The notes beneath the pieces were generated by a model that saw only the letters and a list, made by a program, of their open reading frames with translations, made no database searches and was not told the DNA's origin. Shown here in pieces: positions 39,331-52,043 of a stretch of 64,000 nucleotides of DNA. The translations under genes and the position numbers were made by a program. The DNA is taken from NCBI RefSeq assembly GCF_024298765.1, contig NZ_CP101210.1; one strand, given 5' to 3'. Source of the DNA: Escherichia coli (GTDB lineage Bacteria; Pseudomonadota; Gammaproteobacteria; Enterobacterales; Enterobacteriaceae). Each line of letters begins with the position of its first letter. Position 1 is the stretch's first letter.

Positions 39331-39828
39331 TTATTTCGCAACCAGCTGTTCGCCGCAGTGAACACAGCGATAGACGGCTTCGCCACGAACTACGCGATTA
39401 TGGCGGCGTACGGTAAGCTGATGTTCCTGGCACTTACAGCGGTAGGGGAAGGTGTTGCGGCGCACGGATTGCAGTTCAAACTGATGCGTACGACGGGCGG
39501 GAACGCCCAGCACGCTTTCCATCATCCACTTCCACTCTTTGCCATGTGGTGCTACGCGGCCGAAATGTTTCCATACCAGCAAATGTGCCAGTTCGTGCGG
39601 CACCACTTCTTCAATAAAGGCTTCACTGTTTTCCAACAGCAAAACGGGATTGAGGCGAATTTCATAGCTTTCCAGCCAGGCTGTTCCGGCAGAGGTTCCG
39701 CGCTGGGTGTAAGAGAGTTTTGGCTCCGGGTAGTTACGCCCTAGCTTCAGGTTCGCCTGGGCGAGTTTTTCCCGCAGGCGACGCATAACGGCCTGTTGGA
39801 GGGCGATAGGGAGACGGGATGTTTTCAT
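39331..39828 (-). CDS. sprT: SprT-family zinc metalloprotease-like protein
   Basis: HExxH ([10 protein letters not shown]) and C-terminal Cys cluster; start at [12 protein letters not shown] (165 aa). Confidence 0.8.
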   Translation of the reverse strand: MKTSRLPIALQQAVMRRLREKLAQANLKLGRNYPEPKLSYTQRGTSAGTAWLESYEIRLNPVLLLENSEAFIEEVVPHELAHLLVWKHFGRVAPHGKEWKWMMESVLGVPARRTHQFELQSVRRNTFPYRCKCQEHQLTVRRHNRVVRGEAVYRCVHCGEQLVAK

Positions 39829-39904
39829 AGCGGCAGAGGATAGAGCGAAGAAAAGATGACTGCAAGAGGTGGCTTCCTCCACGACGGGAGGAAGCCTGAG
39901 GAGA

Positions 39905-41299
39905 TTAATCGTGAGCGCCGATTTCGCGCAGTTTACGACCTTTCATCAGATTACGTTCAATATGTTCCAGCGAAACATGTTTGGTTTCCGGCACCAGCCA
40001 CAATGTCAGCAGGATAAACAGTACGTTCAGAGCCGCATACACCCAGAAGGTGTTGGCGTTACCCAGCGTGTTGAGCATGGTCAGGAACGTTGCGCCAACG
40101 ATCATGTTGGCAATCCAGTTGGTGGCGGTGGAGCAGGTGATGCCAAAATCGCGGCCTTTCAGCGGCTGAATTTCGGAGCACAGTACCCAAATCAGCGGAC
40201 CGGCACTCATGGCAAAGCCAACAATAAACATCAGCAGCATGGCGATGGCGAAATACTGCGCCGACGGAGAGTGGATACCGATATGCATCATTGTACCGAG
40301 TACGCCCATGCCAGCAGCCATCACCAGGAAGCCCAGCGTTAGCGTTGGTTTACGTCCCCAGCGGTCAACAAGGCCGATTGCGATAAAGGTGGCAAGTACG
40401 TTGGTCAGGCCGACAATCACTGTCCCCCACATTTGCTCGGTAGTGTTGGTATAACCCGCCAGTTCGAAGATTTTCGGCGCGTAATACATGATGACGTTCA
40501 TCCCGGTGAATTGCTGCATTACCTGCAACAGTACGCCAAGGAACACCGCGCGGCGGAAGTTGCTGTTCTCTTTAAACAGCGCCCAGCCACTCTGTTTAAC
40601 CTGCAAACTTTCACGGATTTCATCCAGTTCGTGTTTCGCTTCCGCGCTGGTGTCACGCAGGCGTAGCAGCACGCGTTCGGCATCAACAAAACGGCGTTTG
40701 GCGGCAAACCAACGTGGGCTGTCTGGCAGGAAGAAGACACCAATCAGCAGCAAAATTGCCGGGATGATAATCACACCCAGCATCCAGCGCCATGCACCGG
40801 TGTAGCTGAAGGCGGTATCAGAAAGATAAGCGCCGAGGATCCCGATAGTGATCATCAACTGATACATCGAGATCATACTGCCGCGAATTTTTTCCGGCGC
40901 AATTTCAGAGAGGTACAGCGGTGCGGTATAAGAGGCCACACCCACCGCCAGCCCCAGCAGAACGCGCGAAAGAATCAGTACTTCAACGTTTGGCGCAGCC
41001 GCAGAGAACAGTGAACCGGCAACAAACAGGATTGCGCCGATCATCAGGCTCTTTTTGCGCCCGAGTTTAAAGGAGAGCCAGCCGCTGCCCACCGCACCGA
41101 CTGCCGCACCGAACATCATGGAGCTTACGACCCATTCTTGCGTGTGCGAAGTAATCTGGAATTCATCTGCAATAAACGGCAGTGCGCCAGCAATTACACC
41201 GATATCCAGGCCAAAGAGTAATCCCGCCAGAGCAGCAAGGAAGCAGACGAAAAACGTCATTGCCTTGTTTGACCGCCCCTGTTTTTTAGCGTCAGGCAT
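39905..41299 (-). CDS. galP: Galactose:H+ symporter (MFS sugar porter)
   Basis: Recognised GalP; MFS sugar-porter signatures; start at [15 protein letters not shown] (464 aa). Confidence 0.9.
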   Translation of the reverse strand: MPDAKKQGRSNKAMTFFVCFLAALAGLLFGLDIGVIAGALPFIADEFQITSHTQEWVVSSMMFGAAVGAVGSGWLSFKLGRKKSLMIGAILFVAGSLFSAAAPNVEVLILSRVLLGLAVGVASYTAPLYLSEIAPEKIRGSMISMYQLMITIGILGAYLSDTAFSYTGAWRWMLGVIIIPAILLLIGVFFLPDSPRWFAAKRRFVDAERVLLRLRDTSAEAKHELDEIRESLQVKQSGWALFKENSNFRRAVFLGVLLQVMQQFTGMNVIMYYAPKIFELAGYTNTTEQMWGTVIVGLTNVLATFIAIGLVDRWGRKPTLTLGFLVMAAGMGVLGTMMHIGIHSPSAQYFAIAMLLMFIVGFAMSAGPLIWVLCSEIQPLKGRDFGITCSTATNWIANMIVGATFLTMLNTLGNANTFWVYAALNVLFILLTLWLVPETKHVSLEHIERNLMKGRKLREIGAHD

Positions 41300-41680
41300 G
41301 ATGCCCTCCAATATGGTTATTTTTTATTGTGAATTAAGATAGGTGAGTACGACGTAAAAAGATGTGAAGCAAATCACATCAGTGTAATCGCTTACACTAA
41401 CATTTATCTTGGTTATGATTTAAGTGCATGAAAATAATTGAGTTATATCATCATAGATTAAACGCTGTTATCTGCAATTAAGACTTTACTGAAAAGAAAT
41501 GTAACAACTGTGAAAACTGAATAATAATATGAAAATATTACAAATATTTGGCTGGTGTGGTTGGTGTAATCGGTTTCAGTAATGATGATAATTTGCGGTA
41601 AAACGTGTTGAGGAAGAATGATGTTATTGTGCGGGCGGTTTTTTTGCCGGATGCGGCGTGAATGTCTATCCACCGCGGTG

Positions 41681-41713
41681 AGGTAAAAGAAAAAGGCCAG
41701 CGCGAGGCTGGCC
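41681..41713 (-). terminator. Rho-independent terminator downstream of metK
   Basis: GGCCAGC-gcgag-GCTGGCC stem followed on the minus strand by a T-rich run. Confidence 0.6.
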
Positions 41714-41735
41714 TTTGAAAGCAGGTGAAGAAAGA

Positions 41736-42890
41736 TTACTTCAGACCGGCAGCATCGCGCAGCAGCTGCGCTTTGTCGGTTTTTTCCCACGGGAAATGTT
41801 CGCGACCAAAGTGACCGTATGCTGCGGTTTCTTTGTAGATCGGGTGCAGCAGATCCAGCATCTGAATCAGACCGTATGGACGCAGGTCAAAGAACTCACG
41901 TACCAGCAGAGTCAGTTGTTCAGAAGGCACTTTCTCGGTACCGAAAGTTTCCACCATGATGGAAGTCGGTTCAGCCACGCCAATTGCGTAGGAAACCTGA
42001 ATTTCACAACGATCGGCCAGGCCAGCAGCAACGATGTTTTTCGCGACATAACGTGCTGCGTACGCTGCGGAACGGTCCACTTTTGATGGATCTTTACCAG
42101 AGAATGCACCACCACCGTGACGTGCCATGCCGCCGTAGGTATCAACGATAATTTTACGACCAGTCAGACCGCAGTCACCCATCGGGCCACCGATAACAAA
42201 ACGACCGGTCGGGTTGATGAAGAATTTGGTGGCAGAAGTCAGCCATTCAGCGGGCAGAATCGGCTTGATGATCTCTTCCATTACCGCTTCTTGCAGCGAT
42301 TTCTGGTCGATCTCTTCAGAGTGCTGAGTGGAAAGCACGACAGCATCAATGCCAACGATTTTGCCGTCGTCATACTGGAAAGTCACCTGGCTTTTCGCGT
42401 CCGGGCGCAGCCACGGCAGAGTGCCGTTTTTACGCACTTCAGCCTGACGCTGTACCAGACGGTGTGCATAGGTGATAGGCGCTGGCATCAGCACGTCGGT
42501 TTCATTGGTTGCGTAGCCAAACATCAGACCCTGGTCACCCGCGCCCTGTTCCAGCGGATCGGCACGGTCAACGCCCTGGTTGATGTCAGGAGACTGTTTG
42601 CCGATAGCGCTCAGAACCGCACAGGAGTTAGCGTCAAAGCCCATGTCGGAATGCACATAGCCAATTTCGCGAACGGTGTTACGGGTGATCTCTTCGATGT
42701 CTACCCAGGCGCTGGTGGTGATTTCGCCGCCAACTAAAACCATGCCGGTTTTTACGTAGGTTTCGCAAGCAACGCGTGCTTTCGGATCCTGTTCGAGGAT
42801 CGCGTCTAAAACGGCATCAGAGATTTGGTCAGCAATTTTGTCAGGATGCCCTTCAGAGACGGACTCGGACGTAAAAAGGTGTTTTGCCAT
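41736..42890 (-). CDS. metK: S-adenosylmethionine synthetase
   Basis: Recognised MetK over full length ([18 protein letters not shown]…), 384 aa. Confidence 0.95.
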
Positions 42891-43684
42891 ATTTAATATC
42901 ACCTAAAGAGAATTTGGTTAGCTCAAACTGTTGTGTGGATTTTCTGTGGTAGCGGATCCTACCACGACTCTGCAGGTTAAAAACACTGGCAGTCTGAGTG
43001 TTAATCGGTATGGATGGATTAACATCTGGATGGCTATTTTAGGTCAATTCTTCACCCGATTTCCACTTTTTTTTGAATCGTGTCTCATTCTGTTAAAAAC
43101 GTGGCTGGAAATTTTTCCTGACAATGCTGGCATTCTGCGTATTTATCTTTTGCAATTTTCTGCCATTGTGGGGTATAAAACGCGGCGCGCGGCTTAAATA
43201 AAAAGCACACGACGTTTCTTTCGTGTTGCCACTTCCAGCCGGGTTGAAAACAGAGTTTTGGCTTGTGGGTTCGTCTTAACAGGCGGCCGTGGAGGTGATA
43301 CGAAATAATGAACCGTTGTCTGCTGCTTAACCTGTCTCACCGTTCTGGTGAAGATTCGTTCCCCGCACTCTGCATCTCTGCTTTGCATACCTGCCGATGT
43401 TATACCCATCTCGGCGCTTCTCAGGATTCAAGAGCTGGTTACAGCTACTGAGGACTGAACAAGGGCGCTCTTGTAAAAACAAGAGTTTTCTCGTGGTTTC
43501 GCCGAACTGTCACACTTACGTTCGGTTATGTGCTTAATAATGTTATGAAAAAGAAACCGGTTGCGCAGTTGGAGCGTCAGCATTCACTGCTGGAAAATCC
43601 ATGTGCTTATGGGTTGTTATCGCAGTTCCAGGCTGCGATAGTCGTTAACTGTTTTACACTTAATAAAATAATTTGAGGTTCGCT

Positions 43685-45661
43685 ATGTCTGACGACATGT
43701 CTATGGGTTTGCCTTCGTCAGCGGGCGAACACGGTGTACTACGCTCCATGCAGGAGGTTGCAATGAGCTCCCAGGAAGCCAGCAAGATGCTGCGTACTTA
43801 CAATATTGCCTGGTGGGGCAATAACTACTATGACGTTAACGAGCTGGGCCACATTAGCGTGTGCCCGGACCCGGACGTCCCGGAAGCTCGCGTCGATCTC
43901 GCGCAGTTAGTGAAAACTCGTGAAGCACAGGGCCAGCGTCTGCCTGCACTGTTCTGTTTCCCACAGATCCTGCAGCACCGTTTGCGTTCTATTAACGCCG
44001 CGTTCAAACGTGCGCGGGAATCCTACGGCTATAACGGCGATTACTTCCTCGTTTATCCGATCAAAGTTAACCAGCACCGCCGCGTGATTGAGTCCCTGAT
44101 TCATTCGGGCGAACCGCTGGGCCTGGAAGCCGGTTCCAAAGCGGAGTTGATGGCGGTGCTGGCACATGCTGGCATGACCCGTAGCGTCATCGTCTGCAAC
44201 GGTTATAAGGACCGCGAATATATCCGCCTGGCATTAATTGGCGAGAAGATGGGCCACAAGGTCTATCTGGTCATTGAGAAGATGTCAGAAATTGCCATTG
44301 TGCTGGATGAAGCAGAACGTCTGAATGTCGTTCCTCGTCTGGGCGTGCGTGCACGTCTGGCTTCGCAGGGCTCGGGTAAATGGCAGTCCTCCGGCGGGGA
44401 AAAATCGAAGTTCGGCCTGGCGGCGACTCAGGTACTGCAACTGGTTGAAACCCTGCGTGAAGCCGGGCGTCTCGACAGCCTGCAACTGCTGCACTTCCAC
44501 CTCGGTTCGCAGATGGCTAATATTCGCGATATCGCGACAGGCGTTCGTGAATCCGCGCGTTTCTATGTGGAACTGCACAAGCTGGGCGTCAATATTCAGT
44601 GCTTCGACGTTGGCGGCGGTCTGGGCGTGGACTATGAAGGCACCCGTTCGCAGTCCGACTGTTCGGTGAACTACGGCCTCAATGAATACGCCAACAACAT
44701 CATCTGGGCGATTGGTGATGCGTGTGAAGAAAATGGTCTGCCACATCCGACGGTAATCACCGAGTCGGGTCGTGCGGTGACTGCGCATCACACCGTGCTG
44801 GTGTCGAATATCATCGGCGTGGAACGTAACGAATACACGGTGCCGACCGCGCCTGCAGAAGACGCACCGCGCGCCCTGCAAAGCATGTGGGAAACCTGGC
44901 AGGAGATGCACGAACCGGGAACTCGTCGTTCTCTGCGTGAATGGTTACACGACAGCCAGATGGATCTGCACGATATTCATATCGGCTACTCTTCCGGCAC
45001 CTTTAGCCTGCAAGAACGTGCATGGGCAGAACAACTCTATCTGAGCATGTGCCATGAAGTGCAGAAGCAACTGGATCCGCAAAACCGTGCGCATCGTCCG
45101 ATTATCGACGAGCTGCAGGAACGTATGGCTGACAAAATGTACGTCAACTTCTCGCTGTTCCAGTCGATGCCGGACGCATGGGGGATCGACCAGTTGTTCC
45201 CGGTTCTGCCGCTGGAAGGGTTGGATCAAGTGCCGGAGCGCCGCGCTGTGCTGCTGGATATTACCTGTGATTCTGACGGTGCTATTGATCACTACATCGA
45301 TGGTGATGGTATTGCCACGACAATGCCAATGCCGGAGTACGATCCAGAGAATCCGCCGATGCTCGGTTTCTTCATGGTCGGCGCATATCAGGAGATCCTC
45401 GGCAACATGCACAACCTGTTCGGTGATACCGAAGCGGTTGACGTGTTCGTCTTCCCTGACGGCAGCGTAGAAGTAGAACTGTCTGACGAAGGCGATACCG
45501 TGGCGGATATGCTGCAATATGTACAGCTCGATCCGAAAACGTTGTTAACCCAGTTCCGTGATCAAGTGAAGAAAACCGATCTTGATGCTGAACTGCAACA
45601 ACAGTTCCTTGAAGAGTTCGAGGCAGGTTTGTACGGTTATACCTATCTTGAAGATGAATAA
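43685..45661 (+). CDS. speA: Biosynthetic arginine decarboxylase
   Basis: Recognised SpeA; start at [16 protein letters not shown] (658 aa). Confidence 0.9.
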
Positions 45662-45677
45662 TTAAGATTATTCCGCT

Positions 45678-45719
45678 GGCGGGTCGATTTATTTACGTAA
45701 ATCGGCCCGCTTTCTTTTT
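45678..45719 (+). terminator. Hairpin plus T-rich run after speA
   Basis: GCGGGTCGATTTA…TAAATCGGCCCGC (one mismatch) followed by TTTCTTTTTA. Confidence 0.5.
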
Positions 45720-45806
45720 ATATATTCTTAAAAATAATTTAGCTGCTTTTCTTATTAAATAATCTCCCTACAATCGCTGCATTAATTAAATGCAGAGGGA
45801 ACGGTT

Positions 45807-46538
45807 ATGAAAAAAGGGAAAGTACGTAGCGCGTTGATAGCATTAGCCGTGCTGCTGGCCGGTTGTTCCAGTAATGCGCAGTATAATAGCAGTGCATCAG
45901 GCAATGTCGGCACCGCCTGGGGTGGGGATGTGCACTCAACGGTTCAGGGCGTATCTGCTGAGCGAGCTTGGCGCGATCCGGCAGAGATGATCGTTATTAG
46001 TTATTCGACGACTGTTCCTTCGGGCTACGACCGCGTTTATAGCATTCGTATTAACGAACTTGAATATGCTATTCGCGATGGTAATTTTAATTCTCTACCT
46101 ATTACGCGGGTTTATGATTCGTCAAATAATGAACCACGCTATATTGTCCATGCCAGAGTAGGAATGAATTATCAATTATATGTCCGCAATTACAGTCGTA
46201 ACACCAACTACGAGATCGTTGCTACGGTTGATGGCCTGGATGTGCTGAACGGCAAGCAAGGTTCGCTGAATAACAACGGCTATATTGTGAATGCCGGAGA
46301 TTCGTTAGCGATTAAAGGATTCCGCAAAGATAAACATACCGAAGCGGCTTTTCAGTTCGCCAACGTTGCTGATTCCTACGCAGCCAATTCGGCGCAAGGC
46401 GATGTGCGTAATACCGGTGTAATCGGCTTTGCCGCCTTTGAATTACAAGGCCCGGCGCAAAACGCGCTGCCGCCGTGCTCTGGACAAGCCTTTCCGGCAG
46501 ATAACAATGGCTATGCGCCGCCACCGTGTCGGAAATAG
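45807..46538 (+). CDS. Hypothetical lipoprotein inserted between speA and speB
   Basis: 243-aa ORF with lipobox (LLAGCSS); RBS GAGGGAACGGTTATG; no recognised family. Confidence 0.6.
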   Translation: MKKGKVRSALIALAVLLAGCSSNAQYNSSASGNVGTAWGGDVHSTVQGVSAERAWRDPAEMIVISYSTTVPSGYDRVYSIRINELEYAIRDGNFNSLPITRVYDSSNNEPRYIVHARVGMNYQLYVRNYSRNTNYEIVATVDGLDVLNGKQGSLNNNGYIVNAGDSLAIKGFRKDKHTEAAFQFANVADSYAANSAQGDVRNTGVIGFAAFELQGPAQNALPPCSGQAFPADNNGYAPPPCRK

Positions 46539-46673
46539 CAACCTCGCTTGATGCCTCGCCCATTTAAGGCGATAATTAGCACAAAATTGTGTTTCGCAAA
46601 TCCAACCCTTCCTCGTCGGGCCTAACGACGCGGAAGGGTTTTTTTATATCGACTTTGTAATAGGAGTCCATCC

Positions 46674-47594
46674 ATGAGCACCTTAGGTCATCAATACGAT
46701 AACTCACTGGTTTCCAACGCCTTTGGTTTTTTACGCCTGCCGATGAACTTCCAGCCGTATGACAGCGATGCTGACTGGGTGATTACTGGCGTGCCGTTCG
46801 ATATGGCCACTTCTGGCCGTGCGGGGGGGCGCCACGGTCCGGCAGCGATCCGTCAGGTTTCGACGAATCTGGCCTGGGAACACAACCGCTTCCCGTGGAA
46901 TTTCGACATGCGTGAGCGCCTGAACGTGGTGGACTGCGGTGATCTGGTATATGCCTTCGGCGATGCCCGTGAGATGAGCGAGAAGCTGCAGGCACACGCC
47001 GAGAAGCTGCTGGCTGCCGGTAAGCGTATGCTCTCCTTCGGTGGTGACCACTTTGTTACGCTGCCGCTGCTGCGTGCTCATGCGAAGCATTTCGGCAAAA
47101 TGGCGCTGGTACACTTTGACGCCCACACCGATACCTATGCGAACGGTTGTGAATTTGACCACGGCACCATGTTCTATACCGCGCCGAAAGAAGGTCTGAT
47201 CGACCCGAATCATTCCGTGCAGATTGGTATTCGTACCGAGTTTGATAAAGACAACGGCTTTACCGTGCTGGACGCCTGCCAGGTGAACGATCGCAGCGTG
47301 GATGACGTTATCGCCCAGGTGAAACAGATTGTGGGTGATATGCCGGTTTACCTGACCTTTGATATCGATTGCCTGGACCCTGCATTTGCACCAGGCACCG
47401 GTACGCCGGTAATTGGCGGCCTGACCTCCGATCGCGCCATTAAACTGGTACGCGGCCTGAAAGATCTCAACATCGTTGGGATGGACGTAGTGGAGGTGGC
47501 TCCGGCATACGATCAGTCGGAAATCACCGCTCTGGCAGCGGCGACGCTGGCGCTGGAGATGCTGTATATTCAGGCGGCGAAAAAGGGCGAGTAA
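46674..47594 (+). CDS. speB: Agmatinase
   Basis: 306-aa ORF recognised as SpeB (arginase-family Mn-binding motifs). Confidence 0.9.
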   Translation: MSTLGHQYDNSLVSNAFGFLRLPMNFQPYDSDADWVITGVPFDMATSGRAGGRHGPAAIRQVSTNLAWEHNRFPWNFDMRERLNVVDCGDLVYAFGDAREMSEKLQAHAEKLLAAGKRMLSFGGDHFVTLPLLRAHAKHFGKMALVHFDAHTDTYANGCEFDHGTMFYTAPKEGLIDPNHSVQIGIRTEFDKDNGFTVLDACQVNDRSVDDVIAQVKQIVGDMPVYLTFDIDCLDPAFAPGTGTPVIGGLTSDRAIKLVRGLKDLNIVGMDVVEVAPAYDQSEITALAAATLALEMLYIQAAKKGE

Positions 47595-47629
47595 GCGCCA
47601 GATAAGAGGCGCACGGGTGATGTGCCATT

Positions 47630-47675
<46 letters not shown>

Positions 47676-47684
47676 TACCTGGCT

Positions 47685-48443
47685 TTACTTAACTCCATCC
47701 GCGCTCATACGATCGCGAATATGCTGGGCGCGTTCGGCGGATGCAGGATGGTCGTCAAACATTGAGCTTTGGCGGCCTTCTTCCAGTTTCGCCAGTTTTT
47801 CAAAGCTGGTGGCAAGACCTGCCGGGCTGATACCGCGTTGGCGCAGCAAATCGTAGGAGTAATCATCGGCCTCTGATTCCTGACGTTGGGTAAATTGCGA
47901 ATTGACTAGCTTTTCGCCCAGGTCTCCCAGTTGTGATTGTGACAAACTGCCGACAATTCCGCCTGCAGAGGCTGCCGCAACGCGAATTGCGTTTGTACCA
48001 AGTGCTACCTGCATTCCTTTCTTCACATGGCCTAATGCCACGTGCCCCATTTCGTGACCGAGCACCGCTTCGACTTCGTTATCCGTCATCATATCCATCA
48101 GCCCGCTATAGACGCGGATACAGCCGTTAGCCATTGCAAAGGCGTTCACATCCTTCGCCATATACACTTTGTAATTCACCGGCTGACCGTTGATATTGTT
48201 GCCTAGCGCATTGGCAATAGTTGTCAGACGTTTAGCGTATTCGCTATTGGCTGGCGCAATCGTCGCCTTGCTGTCCATCTCCTGACATGCCTGATCGCTC
48301 AGGGTTTTCACCTGCGCATCACTCAAACTGTAAGCCTGAAAAGCTTCCGCTCCTGATGAGAGCAGTCCGTTGGAGTCCATATTCTGGCAACCGGTCAGTA
48401 CCGTTGCCACGCTCATTGCTACCAATAAGGCGCGAATTTTCAT
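47685..48443 (-). CDS. loiP: M48-family metalloprotease LoiP (YggG), lipoprotein
   Basis: HEMGH zinc motif; lipobox (VLTGCQ); start at MKIRALLVAMSVATVL (252 aa), ORF-track start too far upstream. Confidence 0.8.
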   Translation of the reverse strand: MKIRALLVAMSVATVLTGCQNMDSNGLLSSGAEAFQAYSLSDAQVKTLSDQACQEMDSKATIAPANSEYAKRLTTIANALGNNINGQPVNYKVYMAKDVNAFAMANGCIRVYSGLMDMMTDNEVEAVLGHEMGHVALGHVKKGMQVALGTNAIRVAAASAGGIVGSLSQSQLGDLGEKLVNSQFTQRQESEADDYSYDLLRQRGISPAGLATSFEKLAKLEEGRQSSMFDDHPASAERAQHIRDRMSADGVK

Positions 48444-48720
48444 GTTTTCTCTTCCGCACAAGGTCAGGATTATTCTAAAAATGCGCCGTTTGCAGGTGAA
48501 TCGACGCTCAGTCTCAGTATAAGGAAAAGCGCAGCGGACGGGCGAGCAGATTGCGCAACATGCGAGCATGATCCAGAGATTTCTGAAGCGGCAAAAGGAT
48601 GTTCCATGTACATGACGCGCGGCTTGCGGTAAATTGTTGGCAAATTTTCCGGCGTAGCCCAAAACGCGCTGTCGTCAAGTCGTTAAGGGCGTGCCCTTCA
48701 TCATCCGATCTGGAGTCAAA

Positions 48721-50712
48721 ATGTCCTCACGTAAAGAGCTTGCCAATGCTATTCGTGCGCTGAGCATGGACGCAGTACAGAAAGCCAAATCCGGTCACCC
48801 GGGTGCCCCTATGGGTATGGCTGACATTGCCGAAGTCCTGTGGCGTGATTTCCTGAAACACAACCCGCAGAATCCGTCCTGGGCTGACCGTGACCGCTTC
48901 GTGCTGTCCAACGGCCACGGCTCCATGCTGATCTACAGCCTGCTGCACCTCACCGGTTACGATCTGCCGATGGAAGAACTGAAAAACTTCCGTCAGCTGC
49001 ACTCTAAAACTCCGGGCCACCCGGAAGTGGGTTACACCGCTGGCGTGGAAACCACTACAGGTCCGCTGGGTCAGGGTATTGCCAACGCAGTCGGTATGGC
49101 GATTGCAGAAAAAACGCTGGCGGCGCAGTTTAACCGTCCGGGCCACGACATCGTCGACCACTACACCTACGCCTTCATGGGCGACGGCTGCATGATGGAA
49201 GGCATCTCCCACGAAGTTTGTTCTCTGGCGGGTACGCTGAAGCTGGGTAAACTGATTGCGTTCTACGATGACAACGGTATCTCTATCGATGGTCACGTTG
49301 AAGGCTGGTTCACCGACGACACCGCAATGCGTTTCGAAGCTTACGGCTGGCACGTTATTCGCGGCATCGACGGTCATGACGCGGCATCCATCAAACGCGC
49401 AGTAGAAGAAGCGCGCGCAGTGACTGACAAACCGTCCCTGCTGATGTGCAAAACCATCATCGGTTTCGGTTCCCCGAACAAAGCCGGTACGCACGACTCC
49501 CACGGTGCGCCGCTGGGCGACGCTGAAATTGCCCTGACCCGCGAACAGCTGGGCTGGAAATATGCACCGTTCGAAATCCCGTCTGAAATCTATGCTCAGT
49601 GGGATGCGAAAGAAGCAGGCCAGGCGAAAGAATCCGCATGGAACGAGAAATTCGCTGCTTACGCGAAAGCTTATCCGCAGGAAGCCGCTGAATTTACCCG
49701 CCGTATGAAAGGCGAAATGCCGTCTGACTTCGACGCCAAAGCGAAAGAGTTCATCGCTAAACTGCAGGCTAACCCGGCGAAAATCGCCAGCCGTAAAGCG
49801 TCTCAGAATGCGATTGAAGCGTTCGGCCCGCTGTTGCCGGAATTCCTCGGCGGCTCTGCTGACCTGGCACCGTCTAACCTGACCCTGTGGTCTGGTTCTA
49901 AAGCAATCAACGAAGATGCTGCGGGTAACTACATCCACTACGGTGTTCGCGAGTTCGGTATGACCGCGATTGCTAACGGTATCTCCCTGCACGGTGGCTT
50001 CCTGCCGTACACCTCCACCTTCCTGATGTTCGTGGAATACGCACGTAACGCCGTACGTATGGCTGCGCTGATGAAACAGCGTCAGGTGATGGTTTACACC
50101 CACGACTCCATCGGTCTGGGCGAAGATGGCCCGACTCACCAGCCGGTTGAGCAGGTCGCTTCACTGCGCGTGACCCCGAACATGTCCACATGGCGTCCGT
50201 GTGACCAGGTTGAATCCGCGGTCGCGTGGAAATACGGCGTTGAGCGTCAGGACGGCCCGACTGCGCTTATCCTCTCCCGTCAGAACCTGGCGCAGCAGGA
50301 ACGTACTGAAGAGCAGCTGGCAAACATCGCGCGCGGTGGTTATGTGCTGAAAGACTGTGCCGGTCAGCCGGAACTGATCTTCATCGCGACCGGTTCTGAA
50401 GTTGAACTGGCGGTTGCTGCCTACGAAAAACTGACTGCTGAAGGCGTGAAAGCGCGCGTGGTTTCCATGCCGTCTACCGACGCGTTCGACAAGCAGGATG
50501 CGGCTTACCGTGAGTCTGTACTGCCGAAAGCGGTTACTGCACGCGTTGCGGTGGAAGCGGGTATTGCTGACTACTGGTACAAGTATGTTGGCCTGAACGG
50601 TGCTATCGTCGGCATGACCACCTTCGGTGAATCTGCTCCGGCAGAGCTGCTGTTTGAAGAGTTCGGCTTCACCGTTGACAACGTTGTTGCGAAAGCGAAA
50701 GCGCTGCTGTAA
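48721..50712 (+). CDS. tktA: Transketolase 1
   Basis: Recognised TktA over full length; start at [14 protein letters not shown] (663 aa). Confidence 0.95.
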   Translation: MSSRKELANAIRALSMDAVQKAKSGHPGAPMGMADIAEVLWRDFLKHNPQNPSWADRDRFVLSNGHGSMLIYSLLHLTGYDLPMEELKNFRQLHSKTPGHPEVGYTAGVETTTGPLGQGIANAVGMAIAEKTLAAQFNRPGHDIVDHYTYAFMGDGCMMEGISHEVCSLAGTLKLGKLIAFYDDNGISIDGHVEGWFTDDTAMRFEAYGWHVIRGIDGHDAASIKRAVEEARAVTDKPSLLMCKTIIGFGSPNKAGTHDSHGAPLGDAEIALTREQLGWKYAPFEIPSEIYAQWDAKEAGQAKESAWNEKFAAYAKAYPQEAAEFTRRMKGEMPSDFDAKAKEFIAKLQANPAKIASRKASQNAIEAFGPLLPEFLGGSADLAPSNLTLWSGSKAINEDAAGNYIHYGVREFGMTAIANGISLHGGFLPYTSTFLMFVEYARNAVRMAALMKQRQVMVYTHDSIGLGEDGPTHQPVEQVASLRVTPNMSTWRPCDQVESAVAWKYGVERQDGPTALILSRQNLAQQERTEEQLANIARGGYVLKDCAGQPELIFIATGSEVELAVAAYEKLTAEGVKARVVSMPSTDAFDKQDAAYRESVLPKAVTARVAVEAGIADYWYKYVGLNGAIVGMTTFGESAPAELLFEEFGFTVDNVVAKAKALL

Positions 50713-50734
50713 TCGGTAAGATGCTTTGTGAGAA

Positions 50735-50759
50735 GGGCCGCGAAAGCGGCCCTTTTTTT
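50735..50759. terminator. Rho-independent terminator after tktA, overlapping the stop of the convergent SPFH gene
   Basis: GGGCCGC-GAAA-GCGGCCC followed by TTTTTTT. Confidence 0.75.
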
Positions 50760-51666
50760 ACTTAGTAGAGATAAACGGAACTGTACTGCCGGGGATCATG
50801 GTATCGGGTAGCTTACCGTCCCAACGCTCAGCAGTGGTGAGGGCAACAAGTCCGGGATTATCCCGCAGAGCTTCACCGCGCAGGCGGATCGCTTCTGCTT
50901 CAGCCGCACTTTTTAAACGAATAGTTTCAGCCTCTGCCGCGCCTCTTACGCGAATAGTCTCAGCTTCTGCTTTGGCTGCCGCCAGTTTACTGTCTGCTTC
51001 AGCCTGGGCCTGAGTTACTGCTATTTGCGCCTGGATTTTCTCTGTTTCCAGATTTTGCTTACGTGTGGCAATGGCGACTTCTGCTTTCATTCGATCTTCA
51101 ATCGATTTTTCATAAGCGTCAGAAAAATCAATATTTTCAATCTGGACACCATCAATCACCACCGGGCCAACAACGGCTTTACGCATTGCATTTTGCAGAT
51201 CCTGAACCAGTTTTGTACGATCCTGTACCGCGCTGATGGCGGTATATTGGCCGAAAACGTTCTCCAGTTGAGTTGGCAGCTGGCGGACGATCAGACGCTC
51301 TTTTAAAGATTCAATGGTGTTGTAGGTTGTATAAACTGCGCCAGCTTCTGAAGGTTTAATGTGGAAGCTGACTGATACTGTCATTTGTGCCGGTTGCTGG
51401 TCGCGGCTGTAGGCCTGTAATCCCTGATAAACCACAGCCTGATTACGCGTGGAAATTTTCTCCACGCTTTCCATAAAAGGGATCTTAAAACCCAGACCCG
51501 GCTCGGCAACTTTTACGATTTTTCCGTAGCGCAGCAAAATGCCGCGTTCACCTTCATTAACGGTGTAATACGAGAGAAATGGCAGCACAACCACGGCAAG
51601 CACGCCAATGACGATAGCAATAGATTTTTGTGGGCGAAATGAGGTTATTGAAACAGGTGCTTTCAT
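50758..51666 (-). CDS. SPFH/band-7 (stomatin/prohibitin-like) membrane protein with C-terminal Ala/Glu-rich repeats
   Basis: 302-aa ORF with N-terminal TM helix and band-7-like core; C-terminal AEAE(T/A)IR(L/V)(R/K)(G/S)A repeats. Confidence 0.65.
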   Translation of the reverse strand: MKAPVSITSFRPQKSIAIVIGVLAVVVLPFLSYYTVNEGERGILLRYGKIVKVAEPGLGFKIPFMESVEKISTRNQAVVYQGLQAYSRDQQPAQMTVSVSFHIKPSEAGAVYTTYNTIESLKERLIVRQLPTQLENVFGQYTAISAVQDRTKLVQDLQNAMRKAVVGPVVIDGVQIENIDFSDAYEKSIEDRMKAEVAIATRKQNLETEKIQAQIAVTQAQAEADSKLAAAKAEAETIRVRGAAEAETIRLKSAAEAEAIRLRGEALRDNPGLVALTTAERWDGKLPDTMIPGSTVPFISTK

Positions 51667-52043
51667 GACAATCTTCCTTGAGTAAAGTGTGGGAATATGT
51701 CACATGAGGTGAGGAGAAAACAGCCTACAGGTGAGAATTCAGAATCTATAAAGGGGTATAGCGAAAAAACATTGCATTAAAAAAGTATGTTTTCGGACAT
51801 TCAATAAATAAATGGCGATATGTATCACAAATACAACAACAATCAAAATGTTGATTTTGTGATAAACATAACAAATACAAAGTTGACTTTAAAAATATCA
51901 ATTTCATTTTGTTGTTATTTAAAGTTTTATTATTTTTGTTCATGGGGTTTTTCTTCTCGCGTACCCAATTGCTTTCATTAAACCGCACGAGTATTTTATT
52001 TTTACCGCCGGACGGTACCCTAAAAATAAAATAAGGATAATTT

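Noticed and set aside
42891-43684. MetJ boxes and small leader ORFs in the metK–speA intergenic region
   Set aside because: Could not identify convincing tandem AGACGTCT-like repeats or reliably delimit the small ORFs by eye; left unannotated.
44285-45517. Two minus-strand ORFs (208 and 190 aa) inside speA
   Set aside because: Antisense to speA; His/Arg-rich low-complexity translation; no plausible function.
48727-50139. 470-aa ORF on the minus strand inside tktA
   Set aside because: Entirely antisense to the confidently identified tktA; Arg/Val/Gly-rich shadow-ORF composition typical of the complementary strand of a GC-rich gene.
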